A stretch of DNA of 62,219 nucleotides, filler included, from Choristocarpus tenellus KU-1152 (lineage: Eukaryota > Protista > Phaeophyceae): assembly GCA_964200185.2 (NCBI GenBank). It is 11 parts of 11 records of this genome, joined end to end, with 100 filler letters (N's around TTAATTAATTAA, not from the genome) between each part and the next. Parts side by side here need not be neighbours in the genome. Positions count along the whole stretch, not along the records: positions 40,595 to 43,680 come from CAXNAD020022419.1; positions 43,781 to 46,478 come from CAXNAD020025541.1; positions 46,579 to 50,225 come from CAXNAD020018752.1; positions 50,326 to 55,181 come from CAXNAD020012775.1; 7 more parts are not named here. One strand, 5' to 3'. Below, one piece after another: positions 40,595-53,900 of the stretch. The translations under genes and the position numbers were made by a program. The notes beneath the pieces are model-generated. The model did not search any database and had not been told where the DNA came from. It was given only the letters and a program-made list of their open reading frames with translations. Position 1 is the stretch's first letter; every line of letters begins with the position of its first letter.

Positions 40595-42840
40595 CCGCTA
40601 ATAAACATATCCATACCACACAAAGCAAAATACTCTACTTGAGTAGCTCTCTTTTGCATAAGTACACCCCCCTTTGGTGTTTGAAGCTCACTCTCCTTTC
40701 TAACACCTTCCTTACTTCATGTACAAACTGTTCTACATAATGAGGAATTGATCGAGTTATTTACATACACAAGTCTTGGGAACACCAATTTTTAAACATG
40801 GTAGCTAGCACTACTTATTGAATTGTGCTAAGTTCTCAAGGCTAGCGTTAAATCGATATGAGGGGGAGTCCGATGGAGGAGGCCGTCGGTTACAGAAGAC
40901 GTACTTCAAGAAGAGCAGAGTATGGAGACACGACACCTGCAACACCAGTTGAAGAAGGTGAAGAGTTGGTCGAGTGTGAGGATGAAGAAGACAGAGGGGC
41001 GGTTAGCAGAACCGCACAACAGGAGGTATCAACGGACCGGAGATTGAAACGATTGGTCTCATTGCCATCAACGTTCAAGGTCTACTGTGGTGATGATGAG
41101 GGTGATGGATTTGCCATGTTTGAGCGAAAATTCCTTTCGTGTGCTGCCATGGGCAGATGGGAGGATACGTTGTTATCTGATGATCACATCAGAGAGTCAG
41201 CAGCGATTCCTTTGACGAGTCAAGATGGTCTGAACGTGAAATAGACAGGGCGAATATGGCGATGGCTGCTCTGGTGATGGCTTTGGATGGGTTTGCGGAA
41301 AAACTGGCGAGCAACCATGAAAGTCCTTCCAAAGCTTTCCAAGCTTTAAGGAACCACTTTAGGAGAAGTGGTACCACCGAAAGGGCCTACACCCCATCGA
41401 GTAATGGAACTGTTGGTTTTCAGAGGGATCGGCAGCCAAAACGTGTGGAGTGCTAGCAGTGTGGAGGACCACACTTTCAATCTTCTTGTCCCACCGTTGT
41501 TTCGTTCCGATCTTATACAGGTTCTTGTTATGTCCGTGAAGAAAAAGGACACAAGGCTTACAGTTGCCCCAAACGCGCTGGTGGTTTGGGAGAATCGGGT
41601 CAACGATCGTCTAGTCAAGATCCCCGAAGGAAGAAGAAGAATGGTAAAGGGAAGGGGAGTGGCAATGCAAGCAATACCGGTAAAGCTGGTGATGGTGAAC
41701 AGAAAGCTAATGATACACCAGTTCAGCTTGGAGGATTCTCATCGGTGAGCAATGGTGGATGGAAGTATTGTAGAAGTGGATGAACTTTGGTTCTTTGACA
41801 GTGGTCGTTCGTTTCATATGACAAACAATCCTACTGCTCTGATAGATCCAAAACCTGTCGTAGGGACATCGGTGACTGTTGGGGATGGAAAGGTTCTACA
41901 AGGTTCAGTCATAGGTAATGTTTCACTATCTTGTGTACATAATAGAGAAGTTTCAATCTTCATCTTACACAATGCGTCATTTGTTCCTGGGTTCAAATTT
42001 AACCTCTCTCAATGATACAAGCGGGGAAACAATCTGGGGGTGAATTATATTGGAAAAGGGAACATTATCTGCGATTAACCCCTTCTTCTGGAGGACCTGG
42101 ATTGGAATTTGTGAAGATAAATGGGAAGAATTATGGATCGTTTACATTGAAAGCTAATCGAAGAAGCTTCTTGACAATTCCTGATCTGCCCTCAAGACAA
42201 CTACCTGAAGTACCTGACATAACAGAGAGGATTGTGTCAGGACTAGTTCTAGCCGAGTGTGAGACGAGAGCAGACACACTCGCCCTGACAAGGGCTTAAG
42301 GAGATACCGTCACAGGTGGAAATCCGAGGAGACTGCAATGTCAGAGGAGGATGTTGCAGCGACAGGAGTGAATATCCTTGAGAGGGTTTCAGGTGATGCC
42401 ATCGACTCAGGGGGAACTGTAGAGGAGGAGAGGCCTACCTCAAAGGTGACTGGAATGGATGTTGATCTGGGGCGATCGACTGGAGCAAACGCAACATCAG
42501 AGGAGGATGTTGTGGCATCTGATAACCTCGCCCAAGAAGGGGTTAGATGATTCGATTTTGCACAGGATGAGGCTGGATGTATCGACCTAACCCACACTGG
42601 GGTTAGAGATTTCGATCTCGCCCTAGAGGAGTGTGGAGGAATGATGTTGGAGGCTACTATATCGCAGGAGGATGAAGTAGCGATTAGTACACTTTCCCTT
42701 GAGGGGGTTAAAGTTAATGCCATTGTCCCAGAGGGGATTGTTGGGGGGGAGGGACCTACCCCAAAGATGGCTCCGCCAGAGTTTGATCCAGGGGGGTCAA
42801 TTAGTCCGAGCGCAACGTCAGAGGAACTGAACTCCTCCTG
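40595..42840 (+). mobile_element. Degenerate Ty1/copia retrotransposon, 5' part (LTR end, gag, protease)
   Basis: Putative LTR end ..tttaaaca (40798) followed by PBS-like tggtagctagc. Gag-like ORFs run from 40858, with a decayed zinc knuckle (CYVREEKGHKAYSC, ~41525-41570). Protease motif LWFFDSGRSFHMT..VTVGDGK..FVPG (41752-42015). Acidic repeats gcaa(t/c)(g/a)tcagagga downstream. Confidence 0.8.
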
Positions 42841-43801
42841 AAGAGAGTAGATTGGCTGAGGATGTAGATCTTTACAATAGAAAGGAACTGTGCATAGAGA
42901 TCGACCATTGTTAAAAACCTCTCTGTACCGCGGACTTGTAGACTCACACTTTGCTCGAACAAAGAGTGTTCTAGGTCCACTTTAGTTTGTAGACTATCAC
43001 GGAAACCTCAAAAACGTTACACAGCTATAATTAGGAGTGCACTGCTTTTATTATATCATTAGTCTATGAATTCAAACAATATTTGGCTGATAAGATATAC
43101 TGTTCTTACAGTACTCTGAAATATATGAGTATACCCTCAATACCATTATTAAGTGTTACATAGAGTGTTCTGTCAACTCAATCGAAATGTCTTCTGGTAC
43201 ACAAAAGCGAGGTGATCGAAACACACATCCGTCATTGATGTGTCCTGCCTGTGGCACCATGAGGCGAAAGGTCCTGAGAACCTGGAGTGGGGCGCAACAT
43301 TTCCACTTGACCTCTTTTCTACACTCTTCATCACCAGAGACATGATCTTCTGCTATAGGAGCATCTGACGTAGCAGTATATCCCAGACAGGATATCAACA
43401 AAAAAATACTAGTATTTCTTGTTCATTCCTTGTCTTTCTCAAAGAGAAGGCTGAGGAATGTTTCCTTCCTTTCCTGGTTAAGGATATTCTTCACAAACAA
43501 GTTAGGGTGAGGGTGAGGTTTAGGAGTCAGGGTTAGATATAAGATTTGGTCTCAAAAAATACGTGCGAAGAGACGGGAAAAATATTACACTGGGGGCTCC
43601 CCACGGACAATGGGGGTTCTCAAAGACAAGGAGATTCCCCTGTGCACTGCACCAATTTTGTACTGCAAAACACTGCAGTANNNNNNNNNNNNNNNNNNNN
43701 NNNNNNNNNNNNNNNNNNNNNNNNTTAATTAATTAANNNNNNNNNNNNNNNNNNNNNNNNNNNNNNNNNNNNNNNNNNNNCCAGCGTCTGTTTTTGACCC
43801 T

Positions 43802-43979
43802 TGCTCAAAAGTATCTGGGGGGGGTGGTGGCTGTTCATTTGGGGCCAATTTTTTCATGTCGCGATTTTTGGGTGATTTGGTTGCATATGTTGGATGGATA
43901 ATGAAAGTACATTTTCCTGGTTTTGGTCCAAATGGACACTCTGGGGTAGACCCCCCCTCCCCCCCAGATACTTTGGGTC
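43802..43979. mobile_element. Family-A MITE
   Basis: gctcaaaagtatctgggggg ... cccccagatactttgggtc with the reverse-oriented core. Confidence 0.85.
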
Positions 43980-44991
43980 AGGGCTTTCAAAAACCAGTAT
44001 AACAAACACACACACTCTCTTCTAACTATTGGGGTGGACACCTCTATGGGCTGGGGGGAGTCAAAACATGCACATGATTCTTTTCACAAAAGGCATTTTG
44101 ACTCATGTCTAAAGCAAGCAATAAAATGTTGCGCAGAAAAATGACTACAATTTATACCAAACGTTCAACATATTTCAACTCAGCATCAGTGGAAGAGTAC
44201 AGGGGTACTGAGCATACAGAAGCCAACTAAAGTTTGGTCCCTGAACAAAGAGAAATTACATTCCAATCTTAGGATCACTCTACCAGGGAGTCTAAGCACA
44301 GCGTAAGGCTCCAGAATGAATTTTCCTACCTGCTCAACTTTTCCAAGCCTTATGGAATAAATATTCTTTACTCATTTTAGAACAGATAGAACAATATTTA
44401 CTTCTCTTTTAAAGATGAGTGTTGCCAAAGACCAATATTATGTTCCCTCTGATCACAACAATGTCATATTAGCACATCAATAAAAGCAGAAGTGTGGTGA
44501 TTCCCCACTCCCAAGGGCCCAAGAAAACAAAAACGTAACGAGAGAGATGACCAACAAGGTACACTTTACACCCCTGAGGGGGAACATAGGATAATGGGCA
44601 TTTGTAGGTGTGTTCTTTGTAGATCAAGGAAGTGGTACCAAAGGAGGAAGAAGCGAGGAGAAAATATATATTGAAGCATCAGATAAAAATCAAGATCACA
44701 CACAACCTTGACACTCAATAAAATACCTATTGGATACTTGAAAGCGGGTCCAATTTCTACTAGGAAAGTTATAAAAAAAATATAACACAAAATTACATCC
44801 ATCTTCTCTATGTTTATACCACCAAGCTTTTTCGGTCACACCTGTCGGTTTAGCCATCACACTAACCCTGCGTTAGTGAAAGGGAGTTCAACCCATTGAT
44901 AGGCCGGCTCACTTGATGTGTCAATCCATTTCCTGCAAAGTGCTAAGCCAATTACCAATCTATGCCCTATTCAAAAAACGCGAGATCTCAC

Positions 44992-46209
44992 CGTGCCTTG
45001 GCGCTGTTCCAATTCTGCTCGTAACAGGCCTCCCTTCCCCACCCCCCCGGAATCTGAAGGAGCCCTCAAGTATCTCTACATGCATGGGGGTTTGGTCCAG
45101 TGTGCGGTTGTTGAACTGGGACACAGCCTTCTCTGCAAGTGCTCTGCTTCCAAAGAGCAGAGTGGCCTCTCCTTCTGACCTGCCGCTCTTGTCAAATTTG
45201 ACCTAAGGAAACCCAGGACGAGGGAGGGGAGTGTTGGGACGCCGAGGCGAGTGATGGCGAGTTCAAAGTTACAGTAATCGAGGTAAGCGAAAATTTTGTC
45301 CAATTCTCAACCTTTACAAAAGACCATGAAACGGTGCGTGGGCGGAATCTGCATTGTCGACAGGATCATTGCTACGCAAAAAGTGGGCGAAACTGTCCAA
45401 CAAGGGAAGCGTACCTCGCACTGCTCGATCTTGCCCACGTGCTGGAATAGCTCTCTAACGTCTTCCTCCATGACATCATAGTTGAGATTGGACACCCGGA
45501 TAGCGGTAGAGCCAACCTTGTCTCCTGGTGATCAAAGGGGTCCATGCAATGGGAACATGGCGCGAAAGCGAAGGGGGGAGGGGGATACTTTTGGGGCCTA
45601 GACACCATGAGGAGGGTGTAGATGGGCAGGGGAACACATCCCTCACGTACAAACGGAGATATCAACGCCAAAATGACAGACGTCTCAGCGTTTGTGTCAC
45701 TTTTTGCGTCAATCGCGTGGTGATCCAACGCAAGATTCTCAGGTCGGTCTCAAAGTGCATCCACGAGGCCATCTAAGAGGATCCGACTACTTGGGATTCA
45801 AATATGGAGTGTTATGCTGAATATTTTACTCACCTAGGCGATCAAGTATGCTATCAGAACTGCGGGGAGGCAACTCCCTGCGATCATATGGAGCAGTTGA
45901 CCGGCGTGCAACTCGGCCAACGCCCATCCTCCGAACAGGTCCCACACCACCTGGTCGCGACACCTGAGAAGCAGCAGCACTAATCATCGCAGAGCGAAAT
46001 GTCCCAGCTGTCGGTGTAGCCCTCATGGCTATCTTGGGTCTTGTCTGGGCACGTCTGGCGACGCCATTACGGTCAACCCTTCCCCCGCCTCCATTAACAC
46101 GTCCCCGGTCTCTCCTCTCACCGCCAGCCCTCCCAGAAGCCGTGCTATGCTTCATTATATCATCAAGAGACATGCCTAGCATATCCACCGTATCCATACT
46201 GTCACCCAT
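44992..46209 (-). CDS. ALYREF: ALY/REF (THO complex subunit 4)-like RRM mRNA-export adaptor; 3' end not resolved
   Basis: Exon 46209-45834 has the N-terminal REF motif LGMSLDDIMK and an RG-rich linker. Exon 45524-45415 reads IRVSNLNYDVMEEDVRELFQHVG. Exon 45202-44992 reads VKFDKSGRSEGEATLLF..AVSQFNNRTLDQTPM, matching the ALY-type RRM (consensus DRSGRSxGxA). Confidence 0.8.
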
Positions 46210-47029
46210 GGTGCAAACCTTGGAATCCAGTGTGACCTAGATGTAGGTTCTCATCGGTTGGTGAAGGACATGATCGTGCTCACCGCGCGCTTGAATCGTG
46301 TACTCCCTTCAAACTACGTAAGAACCAACAACCTATACAACCACCATAATTCACAATCCAATAATTGTCCAAGAGGAAAAAATATAAATATTGATGGGTG
46401 GGTATGAAGAGGCTTTTTGTTTTGCTCACGAATTCTGGATTATTATTATTATTGGCACATTCCTATTTTCCTATTCCTNNNNNNNNNNNNNNNNNNNNNN
46501 NNNNNNNNNNNNNNNNNNNNNNTTAATTAATTAANNNNNNNNNNNNNNNNNNNNNNNNNNNNNNNNNNNNNNNNNNNNATAGCGTCGTTTTAAGGTCGTT
46601 GGATTTGAGTTGTACATCCTGGAAGGTGAGCATTGAGGGGCGCCTGTAACATATGTGCTCAATAGTATACGCAAAATTGATATCTCCCCCTTCCACACAC
46701 AGAGCGACGCCACAATTATGCAAAGGGTCCTTCTGCAATTGTACAAAATGACATATTTTTGTCTTTTCTTGGGATCCTTAAAATGCAACACTGCCTACCT
46801 CTGGATAGGTTTTGGCTCTTAGATAATGGGAACAATTAGACACACTGCCATGCATGTGATGTGAAGGAAGAAGGAACAGGGAACATGTGACAGAGATGTC
46901 AACATATAACTCGAAAGGCATTGCATACAGTTTTGTCAGCAAGTTTGACAAGTGACAGGTAAAGACTTACATGGTTCGGTTCTCCTAGAAGCGCTTCCAA
47001 CTTCTATTTTACCTCGGAGTACACTCCTA

Positions 47030-47518
47030 TTCCACCTCTTTGCCTCCCACTAAAACGTCGACATAAGTTGTGGGTGACCATCAGTTGTCGTTCTTGAAGA
47101 ATGATGACAGGTTCGAGGTACAGGGAACGGTCCATCATGGAATAAGTGGGATCATACCAATAAGTAGATGTACATCTTGCATCACTTTCTTCGGTTCAAT
47201 CCTGGACATCGTGCGCATCTCCTCCAAACACTCCTTGCGCTTACTGGTCTTTGAGTAGGCGCCAATAGCTCCCTGACCTGAGTTCATTACACCTTTTATA
47301 CCTTCCCCATTGAATGCTATACCAGCCACACACTCCAAACGTAGGTCTATGCAGTGGTAATTAATAATACGGTGGTCTTCCTCCTCAAGCAAGCGACCCG
47401 ATTGAACCAATATTGATTCAATGCCTGCCTTCAAGTCAGATCCTGTGTCTTCCTTCACCTTCCTTGTCATTATCCTCCACATACAGAAGGACGTATCCTC
47501 CAAATCAATTGACGTCAC
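47030..47518 (-). pseudogene. hAT-family transposase remnant
   Basis: TGSDLKAGIESIL (cf. HTGENLA), HCIDLRLECV (cf. CxxHxLNL) and EPKKVMQDV, then after a frameshift TYW..PTYSMMDRSLYLEPVI (cf. TRWNSTxxMLxRxL). Confidence 0.65.
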
Positions 47519-48455
47519 TCATTTAAGGTACCCACCCTCACCATCTTCAGAGTACCTGGGCACATCGTCGCTTATAATGTAGTCCTATATATAGTTGTGG
47601 TGCTTGTGTGATTGCTTGTGTGGCTGTGTTTGTCCTCTCCTCCAAATATTCCAGGGAAGAATTTTTTTTTAACCAAACTAATCGGTTCCAAGATATTCGG
47701 TTTCGATTATACTCCGATATTCCTGATTCCGAACGATTGAATCAGTACGATTCACAACAATATTTTAAAGTTATAGTAATATAATATTTTTTCTTATTGT
47801 CATGTCCGTCACATCATCTCCTATTTTCTTTCATATGACTCTTCAAAGTAGTACATCCTACCTACTTACCCACCAATAAGACAAAAAGAGTGTTACAGTG
47901 TTACTGCATCTGTTGTACCTCTGCCTTGTATGTTACATCTTGTTTCCTCCATGACAACATACGCAAAAATGTCAGGGAGCAAAACGATCATCTCCACCCC
48001 CTACATGTTGCTTCATCCCCACAACCACATAATCTTCAAAACCTTAGTGTGTCGAATATCACTCCTTAGTATTCCAGAGTGCATGTCTAGTCAATCGTTG
48101 AGCTTGAGGACTGGATTGGTGAGTGTGGTTGTGGCTAAAATCCTACTAGCAAGAGGATCAGTGATAACCAAGGAAACAACAAGTTCAGCAGATGCTGTCG
48201 AAAGCATTGCAGCTTCATGCATACCTCTTTATTAAAAGCTGACTCGAAGTACTGCCATCCTCGCCTCACAAAAGGTGTTTTCCAGGAGGGTGTGCTGGTG
48301 ATGAAGGTTAAGCAAGTTTCTTAGGGTCCTAGGAGGAGCGGGAACAGGCATAACAATAGTGCAAACACCCACATAGTGCTACCTTCAAGCAGTCATTAAA
48401 AAATGTCTGGTAAACAGCCCAAACAGGTAAGGGTGCCAGGCTTGTAGGAGCTCCT

Positions 48456-48640
48456 GCCTCACAGTACCTGGGGGGGGTGGCGACTGTCCATTTGGGGGCA
48501 ATTTTTTGATGTCTCGATTTTGGGTGATTTGGTCGCATATGTCGGATGGATAATGTAAGTGTACTTTTCCTGGATATGGGCAAAATGGACACCCTGGTGC
48601 AGACCCCCCCACCCCCCCACCCGCCCAGATACTTCGGGTC
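48456..48640. mobile_element. Family-A MITE within the LINE remnant
   Basis: gcctcacagtacctgggg ... cccagatacttcgggtc; flanks tcct/tcca. Confidence 0.85.
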
Positions 48641-49029
48641 TCCACTCGACACCTACACCAGGAAGATGGAAGACCGCATTCGCTATGAGGGTCAAGCTGA
48701 TTTGGACCAACACCAAAAAGTTTTCAAAGAAGAAAGGACGAGACGGAGAACTTCCCAACACATCTGCGATGGATCTGGCAGGCTATTGAAAACGCAAGGA
48801 CCCTCCAAAGAGTAATGGGGGCGACACTTTGAAGTACTCTCAAATGCCAAGTCCGTCAACCTCATTCCCCATTATGCAGAAATCATCAACCAATGGTCCA
48901 CCTGGATGGCACCCATTGATGTACCAACCCTTGAGGAAGTGACTGAAATAATCCATACCGTAGTGAAGGGGAAGGCAAAGGGATCAGATGATCTCCCAGT
49001 GAAAATCCTGAGACAAAATCTCAACAAGG

Positions 49030-49207
49030 GACCCAAAGTATCTGGGGGGGGGAGGGGGTTACACCATGGTGTCCATTTGGCCCATAACCAGGAAAAGTGC
49101 ACTTACATTATCCATCCGACATCCGCAACCAAATCGCACAAAAATCGCGACATGAAAAAAATGACCCCAAATGAACTGCCGCTACCCCCCTCCAGATACC
49201 TTGAGTC
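49030..49207. mobile_element. Family-A MITE (178 bp) in the LINE RT, 4-bp TSD AAGG
   Basis: gacccaaagtatctgggg ... ccagataccttgagtc; aagg at 49026-49029 and 49208-49211. Excision restores KILRQNLNKDEVILQGFH. Confidence 0.92.
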
Positions 49208-50072
49208 AAGGATGAGGTAATCCTTCAGGGTTTTCACAAAATTCCGTAAGCTATGCGGGACCAGAAATATATTCCGCAGGTTTGTAAGGGCGTGGTCATC
49301 AAGGTCCTCTACAAAAATAAGGATCATACGAATTGTTGTGACTACAGCTGCATCTAACTGGTGGCACACGCTGACAAAGTCCTCCTCAAGGCTGTTGCAC
49401 AATGGCTAGGAGCTTAACTGGAACCGGAGAACATACTACACGAGGAGCACCCTGGACTCCAGCCTTAATACTCCACTTTGAACATGATACACAGCCTACG
49501 TCCCCTCTAGAATCTTGGATGGGAAATTGATGCTTCACTCTATCTGTTCATCATGTGTCTGGTTGACACACAGAAGGCATATTACTCTGTTGACTGCGAT
49601 CTCCAATGGGCTATGATTGCCAAGATTGAAATGCCTGAGAAGATTACATCAGTCATTCACCAGCTCCATGTTGGAATGTGGGCATGCGTCCACATGGATG
49701 ATAAGCAGAATATGTATTGGTTTCGGGTCAGGCAAATACTTCATGAAGAGTGTATTCTATCTCCCACCCCTGTTCAGCATATTAATGTAAGTTCTAAGTG
49801 TAGCATTTATGGGGTTTAATGCTGACTTGATCATCTCCAAGAAGCGTCTTGAGATCAAGGGAGTTGCCACAAACAACTATAGCAGAGTAGGAGGAGCAAC
49901 AGGGAATGGGATCACGACTTGAGCAACTGTGTGAGGCGTGCTCTATTATTGTAATTTGGGCATTGAATATAGGAATCACAGACAAGCTTGATTTACTTTG
50001 AAGGCATCATCACTGACGAAGTTGATATCACGACCAAAATCAATCAACAGGTTCAAAACAGAGGGGTCTTTT

Positions 50073-50465
50073 GAGTGGCGGTATCTTAGAGGGTACAAGT
50101 TTTGACCTGTTTTATCAATTTTTGGGGCTTGGTTTCCCTTGTTTTTTAAAATGACATTTTGTGAAACAGGTGGAAACAGCCGACAGATTCTTCGTAATGA
50201 AGGGGAGCGGGAAGACCCACAGGAGNNNNNNNNNNNNNNNNNNNNNNNNNNNNNNNNNNNNNNNNNNNNTTAATTAATTAANNNNNNNNNNNNNNNNNNN
50301 NNNNNNNNNNNNNNNNNNNNNNNNNGGACCCACCTTTTCATAGCTAATAAATTTTGCCTACTCCGAAATATTTTGGAGTAGGTGAAAGTCGTATAAACCC
50401 CAAGGAAATCAAGTCCCAAATGGACAAACAAGGCAAAACTCGTACCCTCTAAGATACTTTCACTC
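50073..50465. mobile_element. Two family-B MITE ends flanking a gap; also a B end at 6637-6668
   Basis: gagtggcggtatcttagagggtacaag (50073) and cgtaccctctaagatactttcactc (ends 50465) are the same terminus in opposite orientations, so they come from different copies. Confidence 0.7.
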
Positions 50466-50910
50466 ATATGATGGAGAGGGTTCGTGTAACATGCTCTATG
50501 GTACTTCAAGTGTCTAATTTTCTGCTGCGTAAGCTATCGAGGCTAACTTGCTCTGGGCATAGCCCTAAAGCTGCATGAGGTCAGAATAGATTAAGAAAGG
50601 TTGCAGTCAACATTTGGGGCCTCTGCCAATCCTCTGAACTCCGCTTGAAACTTAATTTTGAATTTCCTGGAGTGATTCCCATTGTATGGATGAATGATAA
50701 AAAGGATCTCTGTAGAAATACTAGATGAAAATCATAGAGGTGCTGTGGATGTCATTTTCAATGATATAGTAGACTCAACACCCTCCTACAAGCAGTTATG
50801 TTGCCTGATTAATTGACCAAGCCCTCCACTCTGCACCAATCAGACATGGACCAGTGTCTCTTCTACAACCTATCCTATATGACTCCGCACTAGGTAGTCA
50901 TTGACCAAAC

Positions 50911-53900
50911 CTGTTTCCAGTGGCTTCCTCATATATTTTCCTCCATTTGAGGTAGACATAGCTCTTGTAGCACTGCAGATATGCCTGCTCCAGTGCAAAT
51001 ATTGACTGCATCGAGTTCCGGGCAGCCACCTTAGGGTGTTCAATTTTTGAGATGAAGTAAAAGAGCAAGGTGAGGGGAAGATCACCCGTAGGACGAAGAT
51101 TGTAGCAACCTTTGGAAATATTCAAATATTTTTTTCCAACTAAAAGCGACCGTGTTCCGAAAGAGTGAGCACTTCACCTATGGTGCACTAGTGCAATGAT
51201 TTGGAACTCTCTATTCTGAAGGTACAATATAACATTGCTTCAGCTTGACTTATGACCAGATGGCCCCGAGGACTTCAAGGTGTTTGAACTTCATTCAAGA
51301 TTGTCTCCATTCAAGATTGTCTTCATTCAAGATTGATTGTCCTTGCCTTGAGGTATTCTTCGGTATCTGCATCCACACGATAGAAGAGAACAGACACCAC
51401 CATGGCCATGATCAACCATCGGGACAGCAATAACCAGATCACGAAAAACAGAATGTCCACCTGCCGCCCTGTGGCTTCCACGGTGAGAGACACAACCTAC
51501 AAGATGGGTATTATAGGGAGTGGATGGGAAGCAGTCTGAGTTGATGACTAGTTAGGGGAGTGGGGTGTACTAGAAGGCTAGAATTATGGGTGATAATCAT
51601 GCAATGGACTTCGAAGTGCAGAGCTACTAATGCCCATCCATGTGGTATAACGTTAAGGACACTGTTCAAAATTCAATACATTTCTTTCTAATGCAACATG
51701 GGGAACTCTACAATTATTAAGGGAAAGGTACCCACTCTAAGGCCATTCTTGCCTTGCTCCATTGGTTGCCCGTGAGAAGGTCCAGCACCGTGATTGCAGC
51801 CTTGCCAAAGCTTCGAAAATTGAACTGTGGCACAAGTGAGTTGGTTTTAGGCTGTTTCAAGGACGTTCATTGGGTCCACAGCACCCCCAGATCCTGAAAC
51901 AGATTGTAACCTCAAACAAATGCTGGATATAAGCTTAGAGAAGGGGTGAAACTTAGAGGTAGATATGTGTGCTTGGTAAGCACTTCTCAATTAACACCAT
52001 GACTCCGAACTAGCATTTATTGTGCTGGATAGGAATGGTCAGTTCAGCTTTCACTATGGCACCAAACTACAGTATCATTGGAGTTGGAGTGTTAGGACAA
52101 CAAACCCAGCATTGTCCAAAATATTTCAGGCCCTAACTTAACGTTTGTATTTTGCTCTAACCCATGAATAAAGGTAGCCATATAATATGACATGTGTCAG
52201 ATGAAGGGTTATGTAGGAGGTTGCAGGTTACTGAAGTCCCTTACCTGGATGGCGTTGTCCCTCATGGAGTCAACATCTTCTATGTATTCACCGAAGAATT
52301 GCATGCCCAAGACAGAAAACGTGTAGATGAAGAGGACCAACACAGCATAGATGTTAAGAATCCAAACAAGAGATGTTGTCAAAATGCCTACAATGCGGGC
52401 TAGGTTAACCTGACACAAGCAAGAAATAAGCAAGGCACACATGTCATCAGCTCATCCTTGTCCTCAGGTTTATGCTTGTTCATTTCAAATGTATATGGTG
52501 CTCTAAATCTAAAAGTAGTTCTAGGAAGTGCTTTTGTTTACCTACTAAAATTCTTAAAGAAGAGGCCATATTATTGGTACTGAGGCCCAGCAGTTCCACC
52601 GTGTAAGCAATAGACGACACAAGATACGGCTCAAAGTATCTTGTGGGGGGGGAGGGATCTACACCAGGGTGTCCATTCGGGCCCTGGAAAGGAGAAGTGA
52701 ACTTACATTATCCATCTGACGCATGTAACCAAATCACACAAAAATTGCAAAATGGAAAAATAGACCCCAAATGGACAGCCGACACCCCCCCCCAGATACT
52801 TTGAGTCTACACTACTATGTGCCACAAGATAAGACATCTACCAGGAAAGATACGGTCCGTAACTTCCTCATTTGCCCCATTGAAGTGCCCATTTCTACAC
52901 TTGCCCATTTCCCTCCTCCTTATGTAGGTCTGTTTCCATTTTCTGGACGCACCTGGCAGCCCTTTTTGTTATAATATGCGTCATAGAAGACACTACTATT
53001 CTAATACACCCCATATACTTCTTTTGAAGCTCTGCGCATTTGTCGAAGATTAAGCACGGCATGAGGAATCAAGAACCCTATTCCTTTGACCTGAATTAGT
53101 TGTTGCACACACGTGCACTTTCTTTATATACAGGCATGGGTCTATGTGCTTCAACTAGCTTATGCCATAGCTAGAAATGAAAAAAGGATTATCATAGTAG
53201 CTCAAGCATTGCAGGGCACTTGACAGTTACTATGGAGTACAAAAAAATTGATCAAAGAAACATTGACAAATATCCTCCTACGCCATGTCGAGTTCACACT
53301 GTCAACATCAGTCTCTTTGCTAAAGATGTCATAAGGCAGCAATGACAATGAACCAAAAGGCAAGCCCGTGGGAGAACGAGCATTTGACTGAAGAAGGCGT
53401 TACCCAATCTTGAGGCTTCAATATTTATGCGGAAACCCACCAATCTCACAATACGCATATCCACGAGTCACCTCCCCAATAGCATTCCTCAAATATTAAT
53501 GTACTGATATCCTGACGTTTTTGTTGTCGTATACACAGGAAATGCAGCATGGTTAGCCAATAGCTTCAGGCTAGATACTTAGGGTCTGATATCATTGATT
53601 TCATCACCTTTGCTCTTTACCAAATATGAATCCGACAGGGGGTTTCCCCAATGACACCGTTCAAATAGGCAGATCCGCTACGGCAAAGAAAAATTCTGAA
53701 TAGTATTGAAACCGGAGACTTGATTGCAAGTTGTCACGCAGAACCATTCTCTACAGTCCTTGGTATGAAGTATTCTGTGGCATGCCAATGGTACCTGTGG
53801 AGAAGGACTGAAGCGTCCCCGACTGAGCTTTCCCAGTGTGGCAAGTCGAATGACACGTGCCACTCGAAAGATGCGAATTATCCTTAGGCCTGTGAAGAAA

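Larger units (their letters stand above)
48300..50060 (+). mobile_element. Degenerate non-LTR (LINE, RTE-like) reverse transcriptase remnant, interrupted by two MITEs
   Basis: PTLEEVTEII..KGKAKGSDDLPVKIL; IKVLYKNKDHTNC; CLVDTQKAYYSVD..LQWAMIAK..VRQILHEECILSP (cf. FxDLxKAYDSV..QGxxLSP). Many stops and frameshifts. Boundaries approximate. Confidence 0.85.

Noticed and set aside
47030-47518. hAT remnant as the mobiliser of the MITE clan
   Set aside because: hAT elements make 8-bp TSDs, while the MITEs show 3-4 bp. The remnant is also not bounded by their TIRs.
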